From assembly GCA_964016885.1 (NCBI GenBank), contig OZ024742.1, positions 260,586,001 through 260,650,000 on the forward strand: 64,000 nucleotides of DNA, read 5' to 3'. This DNA is from Eledone cirrhosa (taxonomy: Eukaryota). Positions 38,098 through 49,620 of the stretch are shown here, in pieces. Every line of letters begins with the position of its first letter. Within the stretch, counting starts at the first letter, position 1. The translations under genes and the position numbers were made by a program. A model generated the notes under the pieces. That model ran no database searches. It was not told the DNA's origin and was given only the letters and a program-made list of their open reading frames with translations.

Positions 38098-41000
38098 CGT
38101 TTACGTGATGGTGTCACGCTAAAAACACAGGTGGTGATGTAACCATAAATTCACTAATCCTCGATATGAGTGTTTAAATGTCGAACCTAAACAGTTCGAA
38201 TAACAGTGAAAAGGAGACTGGAACGTCATGTGAAAGACTCTTACCCAGCAAGTGCTCCCTGGCCCAGCAGCAGGGACCTGGCTGTCATCCAAATACTGCT
38301 GGTGTTGGAGGAGGAAGGAATGGGACAAGAACCAACTGGACGAAAGAATTGAATAGAACTGTCATGAAATGTTACCTGAAAAGTAACCCCAAAGAAAAAG
38401 GCTATAGAAAACGGATGCATAACATCTGGAACAAGATTGGTCTATTTAAATTAGATGAACAAAAATTGGCCGGACAGGCTCGGGTAATAAGAACTAATGG
38501 ATGGATTAGTGAGTTGGAACTGGAGGAACTGAGCAGAGAGATTGAGTTGGAAATGGAGAATGGAGTATATCAGGCAAATGAGCCAGTGGGAAATGAAGGT
38601 GAAGAAGTTGAGAGAACTGAGGAAGCAACCGAAGCAGACAATGATCTGAATGCTGAAATAAATAATATCTGGAACAAAGATACGGCCATTGAGGAAATGA
38701 AAGCTGACGGGCTAGGGCAAGATTTGGTTGATATTCTAACCTTAGTGGTAGATGAAATGAACAATGATAGTGGAAAGCCTATGAACCTAAGATTTGTAGA
38801 CAGGAAAAATTTAAAAGAAACAACAGCTACGGTAAAAAAGGTCATCCCATACAACACAAGAAAGATCAGAACCTTGGTGGAAGAAACAACTGAATGGTCA
38901 AATCAAGGAAATGAGAAAAGACATTGGAAAGCTTGAGTCTTTACTGAATGGGACATTACAAAACATAGACACTAAAGATAGATTGAAAATAAAATACAAA
39001 ACTAGGGGAAAAGAGCTAAATGTTATCATAGAGGAACTGAAGCAACACATTGTAACAAAAAGTGCAAAGATTAGGCGGTATGAGAGCAGAGTCAGTCAGT
39101 ATAGACAGAACCGCATGTTTGACAACAACAACAAGATGTTGTTTGGACAGCTTGAAGGGAAAGAAAGAGGTAACGACATGATCCCTGAGGCTGAACAGAC
39201 TAAGACATTCTGGAGAGGAATATGGGAGCAGGATATTGAACATAATAGTCAGGCAGTGTTGATTGAGACAGTTCAAAAGGAGATTAGTGAACAAGCACAT
39301 CAACAGCCTGATTTGAGTATCACAGTTGAAACTCTTAAAGAGCAGGCCAAAAAACTAACCAACTGGAAATCACCAAGCCCTGATGGTGTGCAAGGGTATT
39401 GGATAAAAAATACAACATCCCTCCACCCAAAACTGACAGCCATGTTCAATGACTGCTTGATGTCGGGTGAAGTCCCAGAGTGGTTGACAAAAGGTACCAC
39501 AGTTCTGGTAATGAAAGACCGAATCAAGGGTAATGATGTTACCAACTATAGGCTTATCACATGTCTGTCCGTAATGTGGAAACTGTTAACAAGCATTGTC
39601 TCTGAGGAAATCTATCATCACCTCCACATAAACAATTTGTTACCTGACGAACAGAAAGGATGCCGAAACAAGTCCTGTGGTACAAAAGACCAGTTGCTTA
39701 TTGATAAGATGGTAATGAAGAATTGCAAGAGGAGGTATACTGGTCTTGCAATGGGATTATAAAAAGGCATTCGACATGGTACCTCATTCTTGGATAACCA
39801 AAAGCCTAGAAATCTTCAAGGTGGAAGACAACATCAGACAGCTATTAAGTAAAAGTATGAAGTCCTGGGAAACAGAGCTAACATCAGTTGGAGAATCCTT
39901 GGGAGGCATGAAGATCAAGAGAGGTATCTTCCAGGGAGATAGTTTGTCTCCTTTGTTGTTTGCCCTTATCCTGATACCCCTGTCCGTCATATTGTGAAAA
40001 GTGAGAGCAGAATACAAGCTGGGAAGAGGAGAGCTTACCATCAACCACCTCCTTTTCATGGACGATCTTAAACTCTTTGGGAAGAGTGAGAAGGAATTGG
40101 ATGTGCTTGTTGACACTGTCAGTATTTTCAGCAATGATATATGTATGGAATTTGGTGTTAATAAGTGTGGAGTCCTAGTGATGAAGAGGGGTAAATTCAG
40201 CAGAAGCAATGGAATCCGGATACCCACAGGTGAGATGATAAAGGAAATTGACACTGAAGAGGGATACAAATATTTAGGTGTTCTGGAGGCAGATGACATC
40301 AAGAACAAAAAAAATGAAGGAATTGATAAGATCTGAATACATAAGGAGAGTAAAGAACATACTAAAATCACATCTAAATAGTAGGAATGTCATAAGTGCA
40401 GTAAATTCCTGAGTTGTGTCTATTATTAGGTACAGTGCGGGAATTCTGAAATGGAATGTTGCTGAACAAAAAGAAATGGATAGGAAGACTAGGAAGCAAA
40501 TGACTATCTACAACATGTTCCACAAAAGGAGTGATGTTGACAGACTCTACTTAAAGAGATCTGAAGGTGGAAGAGGTCTTATCAGCATAGAGGACTGTGT
40601 TCAGATGGAGAAAAACAGTCTGCACAAATATGTGGCTGGCAGTAGGGAGCCAATGCTCAGAATTGTACTGAAGAAGACAATAGACCAGGGAATGTCCAAG
40701 GAGGAAATAACAAAGAGGAAGAGCAACCTTCATGAAAAATCCCTTCATAGTACCTTCTTTAAGAAAACGGAATTCAGAGATCCACAGACATGGAACTGGT
40801 TAAAAAGAAGAAACCTTAAAAAAGCTGCAGAAGGAATGCTAATGGTTGCGCAAGAACAACCCTTAGAATGAAGTGGGTGAAACACCATATTGACAAGGAG
40901 GAGGTTAGCTCACTGTGTAGGATCTGTGGAGAGAGAGAGAGAGAGAGAGAGGAGACTGTGGCTCACATTGTATCCGAGTGTAAACACCTAGCCCAGACTC

Positions 41001-41978
41001 ACTATAAAGGCTGGAGACATGATGTGATGGGCAGGGTGATCCACTGGTACCTATGCAAACTAAACAGTTTACCACATTCTGAGAAGTGGTATGAACATGA
41101 GCGAGAGTCGGTGATAGAAAACGATCAAGTGAAGGTGCTGTGGGATTTTAGGATACAGACGGACAAGAAATTAGAACACAATAGGCCTGACCTGGTGGTT
41201 TTCGACAAAGAAAAAAGATTGTGCCTGATTGTAGATGTAGCCTGTCCATTTGACACGAGAGTGCAAGAAAAGGAGAGGGAGAAAATTAAGCGATACCAGG
41301 ATTTAAAGTGGGAGTTAAAAAGGATTTGGAACTGCCATGAGATCAAGGTCGTCCCGATTGTCATAGGCGCACTAGGTACTATCATCATCATCATCATTTT
41401 ACGTCCGCTTTTCCCTGCTTGCAAGGGTGGGACGGGAACTGATTTTGGCTTGATTTCTACAGCTGGATGCCCTTCCTAACACTAACCTCATTTACAGTGA
41501 GTGCTGGGTGCTTTTTTTCCGTGGCGCCTACACGTCCACTTTACAGTGAGTGCTGGGTGCTTTTTTGCCATGGCACCGCCACGACCACTTTGCAGTGGAA
41601 TGATAGGGACCTCTAGTCCTATCATCTCATTTCTACAGCTGAGTAAACTGGAGCAATGTGAAATAAAGTGTCTTGCTCAAGGAAAAACACATCACCCGGT
41701 CTGAGAATTGAACTCATAACCTTTCGATTGCAAGCCCAATGCTCTAACCACTAAGCCATGTGCCTCCATTATCTCAAAGAGTTTCCAAGGATGGTTAAAG
41801 AAACCCCGTTTTTTGGAACACTTCAAAAGGCATGCTTGCTGGGAACAGCAAGAACCTTCCGATACGTCCTGAATGTTTGAGGCTGCAGGTAGTGGCTTGA
41901 TATTCATTTCAACAAACTTTCCAGTTAAATAATATCAATGACTGAGACTCAAAGAATAATAATAATAATAATAATAAT
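38098..41978 (+). mobile_element. R4/Dong-clade non-LTR retrotransposon, near full length, disrupted
   Basis: N-terminal WTKELN..VMKCY..GYRKRM..W..EQKL..Q.RVI; RT WKSPSPDGV, GIFQGDSLSPL, LFMDDLKL, YKYLG; CRIC..H..C knuckle, RHD, RPDLVV..VDVACP..KY endonuclease; QKACLLGTAR end after the SINE; (TAA)n tail. Confidence 0.92.
41381..41768 (-). mobile_element. Full-length tRNA-head SINE with RTE-derived tail, inserted in the R4 ORF
   Basis: Minus strand: A box tggcttagtgg, B box gagttcaattc, central ccttgagcaagacac domain, RTE UTR module, stem-loop, (GAT)n; the host frame ALGT|ISKS resumes after it. Confidence 0.9.
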
Positions 41979-42147
41979 GAGAAGGGCATTATCAATTTAA
42001 AAACCTTGCAAATACATTTACTGTTGTGGAATCATTTGAATGACAACTGATTGTAAAATGTGTGTATTATCAAATTTTGCCTCAAGTGTCACGTTGACAC
42101 TTGGCATGATTTGAGGAAAGAAGTAGAATTCAAACGAAGTTTCAAAT

Positions 42148-42421
42148 TGTGGGTATGGTGTGGTGTGCGGTGGCCGGAAGCTGGGGAGTGCTCGATCGGA
42201 AGAGTGCTTGACGGAAGGCTGCTTGGCCGGAAGGGTGCTCGACCGGAAGGGCCAGCAGGTCGGCCTCTCTCTAGCGGTGATTAGGAACGTGGTGGACGCG
42301 AGTTTGGCAGCTCCCGGTGTTAATGAGTTTGGATCATACGCACGTGGAAGAGGAGAAACCAGCCATGGGATTTAGTGGCGCCTATGAAAAGCGGTAAGTG
42401 AGATAGATTTTTCTAACCACA
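42148..42421 (+). repeat. 5' LTR (274 bp)
   Basis: tgtgggtat...ctaaccaca; four ~16-bp gtgctcgaccggaa units. Confidence 0.95.
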
Positions 42422-42548
42422 AGCTATTTCGGCACTGAAAACTGAGATCTGATCAAAAAAAAAAAAAAACTTTCTCGAAAACAAAGCTACTGGAAAACCA
42501 GAGAGGAGTCTGTTGTTTTTTTTATTACATACTGCAAGACAAATTAGG

Positions 42549-43292
42549 ATGGTGATGAGACTACAAACGAGCGAAGCGATTAGGGCATTTACTGGTGAAG
42601 GCGATGTTGTCGCTTGGCTGCGAAAAGTCCAGCTGGTCGCAAGCTTACAGAAGATTGAAGATGTGGCTGGCCTCATGGCACTGTACCTCGAGGGGCACGC
42701 GTTGGTACTCTTCCTTGAAATGGATGAACACAGCCAAAGGGATGCGCAAAAGATCGAGAGGCGCATGATCGAAGCGTTCGCGGAGGAACCATTAACCGCT
42801 TTTGCTAAGCTGGCAAGAATTAGATGGAACGGTGAACGCGTTGACATTTTCGCAGCGGAAATACGGCGACTAGCCATGTTGGCTGGATATCAGGCAGAAT
42901 GCGAATGCACGGTGCGGTTGGCGTTCATAAATAGATTTTCAGACGACATAGTGGTGAAACTACAGCAAGTCCCAGGTTACAAAGAAATGGAGATGCATGC
43001 ACTTGTGGAGCAAGCCCACATCATAGCAGAAGATGCCAAGAAGAGTGTCGCGGTGATGGCAACTACAGAGGCCCAAGACAGCTGGCAGCGAAATGGTGAA
43101 AGGGAGGCAACCTCGGCACGCGGTCGCCCGCGAACGTTTAGAGGCCGCTGTTTTAGGTGCCAGGGCCCGCACATGGCGAGAGACTGTAGAGAGTCAAGGC
43201 CGGAAATAATATGCTACCGGTGTAAGCGACCAGGCTACATCGCTACTAACTGCGACCAGGGAAACGATCCGGTAGTTGCCCCTTATGAGTAG
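42549..43292 (+). CDS. gag: Gag with two zinc knuckles
   Basis: Open frame with CFRCQGPHMARDC and CYRCKRPGYIATNC; start codon uncertain. Confidence 0.85.
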   Translation: MVMRLQTSEAIRAFTGEGDVVAWLRKVQLVASLQKIEDVAGLMALYLEGHALVLFLEMDEHSQRDAQKIERRMIEAFAEEPLTAFAKLARIRWNGERVDIFAAEIRRLAMLAGYQAECECTVRLAFINRFSDDIVVKLQQVPGYKEMEMHALVEQAHIIAEDAKKSVAVMATTEAQDSWQRNGEREATSARGRPRTFRGRCFRCQGPHMARDCRESRPEIICYRCKRPGYIATNCDQGNDPVVAPYE

Positions 43293-46038
43293 AGGCGCTG
43301 CCCATGGTGGAAGTCTTCGTGAGGGGAAAGCCACAGCGAGCCCTTGTGGACACGGGCTGTACGACGACACTCGTGATCGCGGGGGTGGCGCAGTGGTGGA
43401 GAGGGAAGAGCAGCGTAAGGGCAGTCGACGGTAGGAAAATTGAATGCCAAGGTCGCAGCGAGGTGGAAATAGCGGTACGGGGAAGGAAAATAAGGCTTTC
43501 TGCCATCGTAGTCAACGTGGTGGATGGGATCGGCGTGGTTATGGGCATGGACAGAATTGGCCGTCTAGGAGGCGTCACAGTGAACAACGTCGGTGTGTCG
43601 TTTGACGGCACTGCATTGGTATGCGCAATGAGTACGCGACAGGAGAACCAGAAGGCCCATGAGGAGAAATACCCCGCTTACACTGTGCAGGACAAAGACT
43701 TCAAGGCCGTGTTCGATGGGCAGCGATGGGTTGTTGAGTGGTACTGGAAGGGAGAACCACCAACACTGAAGACCAAAGTGGGCTGCTATCAACACACATT
43801 GAAGGGAGACATTAGGAGCAAGTTCGGGCGAGAGGTAGAGAGATGGATTGAGGAGGGCATACTGCTTCCCTGGAAAGAGGAGGTGAAGTGCAGAGTATTG
43901 CCGTTAATGGCGGTGGCGCACCCACAAAGAACAAGGTGAAGCTGGTACTGGACTTTCGGGAGCTGAACGAACACATGTCATGCCACACGGGTGGTGAAGT
44001 CACGGATCTCTGTGGGGAAACCCTGCGTGAGTGGAGACGCATGACAGGGGGGTTCCACAATCGTAGATCTAAAGTCGGCATACTTGCAATTGCATATAGA
44101 TGAGAAGCTCTGGCAGTATTAGCTGGACAAGTATAAGGGCTGGACATATTGCCTGACCAGGCTCGGTTTCGGGCTGAGCTCTGCACCAAAGATCATGGCG
44201 GCGGTCCTCAAGACCATTCTGGGAAAGGCCAACAAGATGAAGAGGGCCACTAATTCCTACATTGACGACATCCTAGTGGACGAGTCTGTAGTGTTGGCGG
44301 CGGAGGTCACAAGCCATTTACAGGGGTATGGACTGGCTGCGATGTCGTCAGAAGCGTTGGAGGGAGGAACCGCGCTGGGACTTAGGCTACGGCGAGACAG
44401 GACGGGTGTCTTAGTATTCCAGAGGGGAAATGAAGTTCCAGAACTGGACCCAAGTATGAGTAGGCAGGAGCTTTTCTCGGTGTGTGGAAAGTTGGTGGGT
44501 CACTACCCGATTGCTGGGTGGCTCCGGACGGCATGCAACTATGTCAAGAGACGAGCGGGAGGGGTGACTTGGAGTGACAGAGTGGGAGAGAGGACAGTGG
44601 CCATGATACAGGAGATCGTGGAGAGGTTGAAGGCCGATGACCCAGTACGGGGACGCTGGTATGTTCCCAAATCGCAGAGCGGGACCATATGGTGGATGCA
44701 GCCTGGCTTAGGAAGAAGGACGACTGCAACCACATCAATGTGGCTGAACTGGACGCGGTGTTGAGAGGGGTGAACCTCGCCCTGAGGTGGGGACTGCGCA
44801 CCATCGAGATATGCACCGACTTGGCTACTGTACTCGGATGGGTGAGATCAGTGCTCACCAGTGAGAAGAGAATGCGAACGAGAGGGGCGGCGGAGATGCT
44901 GATAAAGCGCCGCCTGGGAACTTTAGGAGAGCTGGCCACCGAGTTCGACCTGAGGCTGAGCGTAGTTTTCATGCCCTCAGAGAAAAATAGGGCAGACGTC
45001 TTAACCAGGGTGAAGAAAGCCTGGATGGAAGCGCCAGAGGATGTAGAAGAGGAGATAGCTGCCGTGTGTCGGCTGACCGAGTCGGATCTGAAAGGGTTGC
45101 ATGACATGCACCACATGGGAGTGGATAAGACTCTGTTCCTATCCAGGAGAATCGACTCGGACGTTAACAGACACAGTGTTCAAAGAGTGGTTAGAGGCTG
45201 CGTCCGATGTCAGTCCATTGATCCCGCCCCGGTTGTGCACGAAACGGGAAGTCTCCCGGTGGATCGCGACGGGAAGCGATTGGCGGTGGATGTAACACAC
45301 TACCGACAGGAAACGTACCACTCGATGGTCTACTGTGGACCGGGACGGATGGCGATATGGAGGGAGATGAAGACTGGAACGGCCGAGGAAATCATGCGGA
45401 CGTTGAGAGAGGTGTTCTTGGAGCGGTGCCCTGTGGACGAACTGCTGATGGACAACAGCGCAGCATTCCACTCGGAGGCGCTGAGGGAGATGCTCGATGG
45501 ATGGAAGGTGGACTGTTTCTTCAGAGCAGCGTACAGGCCGAGCGGGAATGGAATCGTGGCGCGACACCACCGGACGATCAAAGCAATGGCGGAGCGGGGC
45601 CACATCTCACCAATAGAGGCAGTGTTCTGGTACAACATGTCCCCTCGGGTAGGACAGGTTGAGGAATCAGTGCCACACAGAGCAGTATTCAGATATGAGT
45701 GGCGGCACCCGTGCACGCCACCACAACGGCCAGTGGGGAGAGAGAATGCATTTGTGCAGGTGGGCGAAGAAGTCTGGGTTAAGCCCCCAGATGCACGTTG
45801 CACATCTCAATGGGGAAGGGGAACGGTGACGGCCGTAAATTCCCAGAACAATGTGTTCGTGGACGGAGTACCACGTCATGTCCTGGATGTCCGTAGAATT
45901 ACTGTGTCAACGGACTCCGAGGAAGAGGAAACCCAAAGTGCCGCCCCAACACTGCGGAGATCGCAAAGAAGTCACAAACCAGCAACCTGGACAGCAGACT
46001 TTCATATGCAGAAGGACGAGGGGGAAATTGATCCTTGA
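43265..46038 (+). pseudogene. pol: Pol (protease, RT, RNase H, integrase) with stops, frameshifts and a deletion
   Basis: LVDTGC, LDFRELN, DLKSAY, YIDD, HINVAEL..TD, NRADVL, HHCC, AVD..MDN..GIVA(E>A)R; -1 frame relative to gag. Confidence 0.9.
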
Positions 46039-46050
46039 GATCAAGGGGCG

Positions 46051-46308
46051 TGTGGGTATGGTGTGGTGTGCGGTGGCCGGAAGCTGGGGAGTGCTTGACC
46101 GGAAGGGTGCTTGGCCAGAAGGGTGCTCGACCGGAAGGGCCAGCAGGTCGGCCTCTCTCTAGCGGTGATTAGGAATGTGGTGGACGCGAGTTTGGCAGCT
46201 CCTGGTGTTAATGAGTTGGATAGTACGCACGTGGAAGAGGAGAAACCAGCCATGGGATTTAGCGGCGCCTATGAAAAGCGGTAAGTGAGATAGATTTTTC
46301 TAACCACA
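46051..46308 (+). repeat. 3' LTR (258 bp)
   Basis: Direct repeat of the 5' LTR with three ~16-bp units and a few substitutions. Confidence 0.95.
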
Positions 46309-46850
46309 CAAATAATGATAATAATAAAAATGAGCATGAACAAGATTTTGATATAGTATCATTATGTTTATCCATGTGTGACGCGTGTCTCATGATCGAT
46401 CAGTAGAAGGTATGATTGGTCTCGATCAAGCACATCTCTGAAATCAATAGCTCATCGGGCTTGTGGATTCCTTAATGATTCATGGAGAAAATGGATTAAA
46501 TCTACCATACAATGATGTATGCTCCATTATTGTAGAGGTGAAATAGCACAGGGGCCCATCTGTGAGAGGTTTTAAAACTTGATGTCAACATCATTTCGTC
46601 TATGCCATGGAATATTTTTCCACATTGTACAAATTATGTAATGTCCACTGTAGAAGTGGGGGAGAACAGATGTCATTTATATAAAGAGAATTGAACAGAA
46701 TATAGTACCTTGTAGGACACCACTTACTAATTTTGTTGGTGATAAATGAACTCTATTGATCATGCTGAATGTGGCAATCTTCATTGATGTGGAAATATGT
46801 TGTGATAAGTGATAGGTGAACCAAGGTAAGTTGAAGAATTGCTGTCAAAT

Positions 46851-47836
46851 ATCATCATCATCATCATCATCATCATCATTTTACGTCCGCTCTTCGCTGC
46901 TCGCAAGGGTGGGACGGGTCTTATTCAGCACAGCATCTCTCCACTTGTCACGGTCCTTTGTCATCTCCACCGTGAGCTTCAACAATCTGAGGTCTGTTCT
47001 CACCACCTCCACCCATGTTTTTCATGGTCTACCTCTACCATGTCTTCCTTCAACTGGCATTTCCTGGCACTTCTTCACCCATCGGTCATCCTCCATGCAC
47101 ATCACATGTCCATACCACCTCAGTCTCCTCTCCCGTACACTACATTCTATCCCTCTCAGACACAGTTTCTCTCTCAATGCATTCATGCTGGGTCGTTCAC
47201 GCACATTTACACTGCACATCCAACGGAGCATGCTTGCCTCATTTCTCTCCAGCCGTCGCATATCCTCTGCGGTCTCTGCCCATGTCTCACTACCATGCAG
47301 CATCGCGCTCCTCATACAGGCATCATACAACCGGCCTTTCGTACGCAGGGAGAAACCCTTCTTCATCAGCAGAGGAAGCAGCTCCCTAAACTTCTTCCAA
47401 CCCGTCCTTATTCTAGATACTATGGCCTCGGAACACCCACCTCCCATGCTAATCTGATCTTCTAGGTACCGGAAGCTATCCACCACTTCTATAGCGCTCT
47501 CCTGCATTTTAAAAATGTGTCTATCAATGCGACTTCTACTGTCTAATTTCCCTGTACATCTACTACATACATATTTCTCCCTACCTGTTACTTTGCCTGC
47601 TATCCCGCTACATCTCTTGTGTACCCAGGATCTGCATTGTGTGCATTTTATCGAATTTATGCCAGTTCCTTTTCTGCATATCGAACATGGCCATTCCCCT
47701 GATGGAATCAAAGTTTTGTCCTCTTTTCTACTCATCAACACTTTTGTCTTAGCTAGGTTCACTCTCAGTCCTCTTGCTTCCAACTGCTGTTTCCATAGCC
47801 AGAATTTATTCTCTAGCTCCTCTACTGATTCTGCAA
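46851..47836 (-). mobile_element. RTE family B 3' fragment, young-looking
   Basis: Long open frame 47022-47836 nearly matching 7540-8349; (GAT)n tail at 46851-46879. Confidence 0.95.
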
Positions 47837-47939
47837 TAAAGAATATATAAATACAAATATGATTGAGATGTCCATGAGGATGTTTGTGAGGAGTTAAGTA
47901 ATGATTATGATGTTTTACTATGGATATAACAGTCCTGTT

Positions 47940-48772
<833 letters not shown>

Positions 48773-49361
48773 AATGTCATTTGTTGTTCAGAAAATACAA
48801 GTATAATTCCTTCTTTATATTCTTCTTTGAAATCAATTTAGGAATGTATAAAGCAAAGGGACAATTACCATACTACATTACTGAGCACTAGCTCGTGAGA
48901 TCAAAACTTACTACTGATAATACAGTCTGTTTTCTCTGATAATAAAAAAAAAATTAACACATGAAAATATCTGTAGTTATGTTGTCTCAGCTAGAGAGAA
49001 ATATGTTTCAAATTTGAAGATAGATTCATTCTTCCAGATTTTAAATTTTTAATTAAATCTAATCAACAGAATGATGGCTGTATTTGCTCCAGTACTCAAA
49101 ATATATTCACTTACATAAGGTGTTGGCCATATTTTCTATCAAATTTCTGGAGTTCATACAGAATCACCCAGGAAACATGTTTTTCTAATCAACTTGAAAA
49201 TATTTGTTAAATTAGATAACTTCTCTAATGTCTTGTTCATAAAGTAATTTCTTCAGTTTTTCACATTCCTTATAAATTTGTTGGTGTGTGTCTCATGTGA
49301 GAACTTGCCATGCCAATGGTACCAGGGAAGCTAAAATATATAGACAGTAGAATATAGAAGA

Positions 49362-49620
49362 GACAAATATCAATACAAAGTGTATCAGAGAGAAATCACT
49401 TGACTAGAGATATTGAAATACAGAATGAGTGACAGAGAGAGATAGCAGACAGAAAATATTTCATGAGTAAAGGTATTTGGTATGGACATAGAATGATAGA
49501 GAGAGAGACAGAGAAAGAGGGAGAGACAGCACAGACATATCAATACAAAGTGTATCAGAGAGAAGTCACTTGACTAGAGATATTGAAATATAGAATAAGA
49601 CAGAGAAAGAGAATATTTTC
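49362..49620. repeat. Degenerate direct duplication, ~170 bp period
   Basis: atatcaatacaaagtgtatcagagagaa.tcacttgactagagatattgaaata at ~49367 and ~49537. Confidence 0.8.

Larger units (their letters stand above)
42148..46308 (+). mobile_element. Full-length Ty3/Gypsy-like LTR retrotransposon (4161 bp), inactivated
   Basis: TG..CA LTRs, CAAAT target-site duplication (42143-42147, 46309-46313), gag-PR-RT-RH-IN order, purine-rich tract before the 3' LTR. Confidence 0.96.

Noticed and set aside
46540-46800. Possible CR1-type RT scrap (SGVLQGT) on minus
   Set aside because: Too decayed to delimit with confidence.
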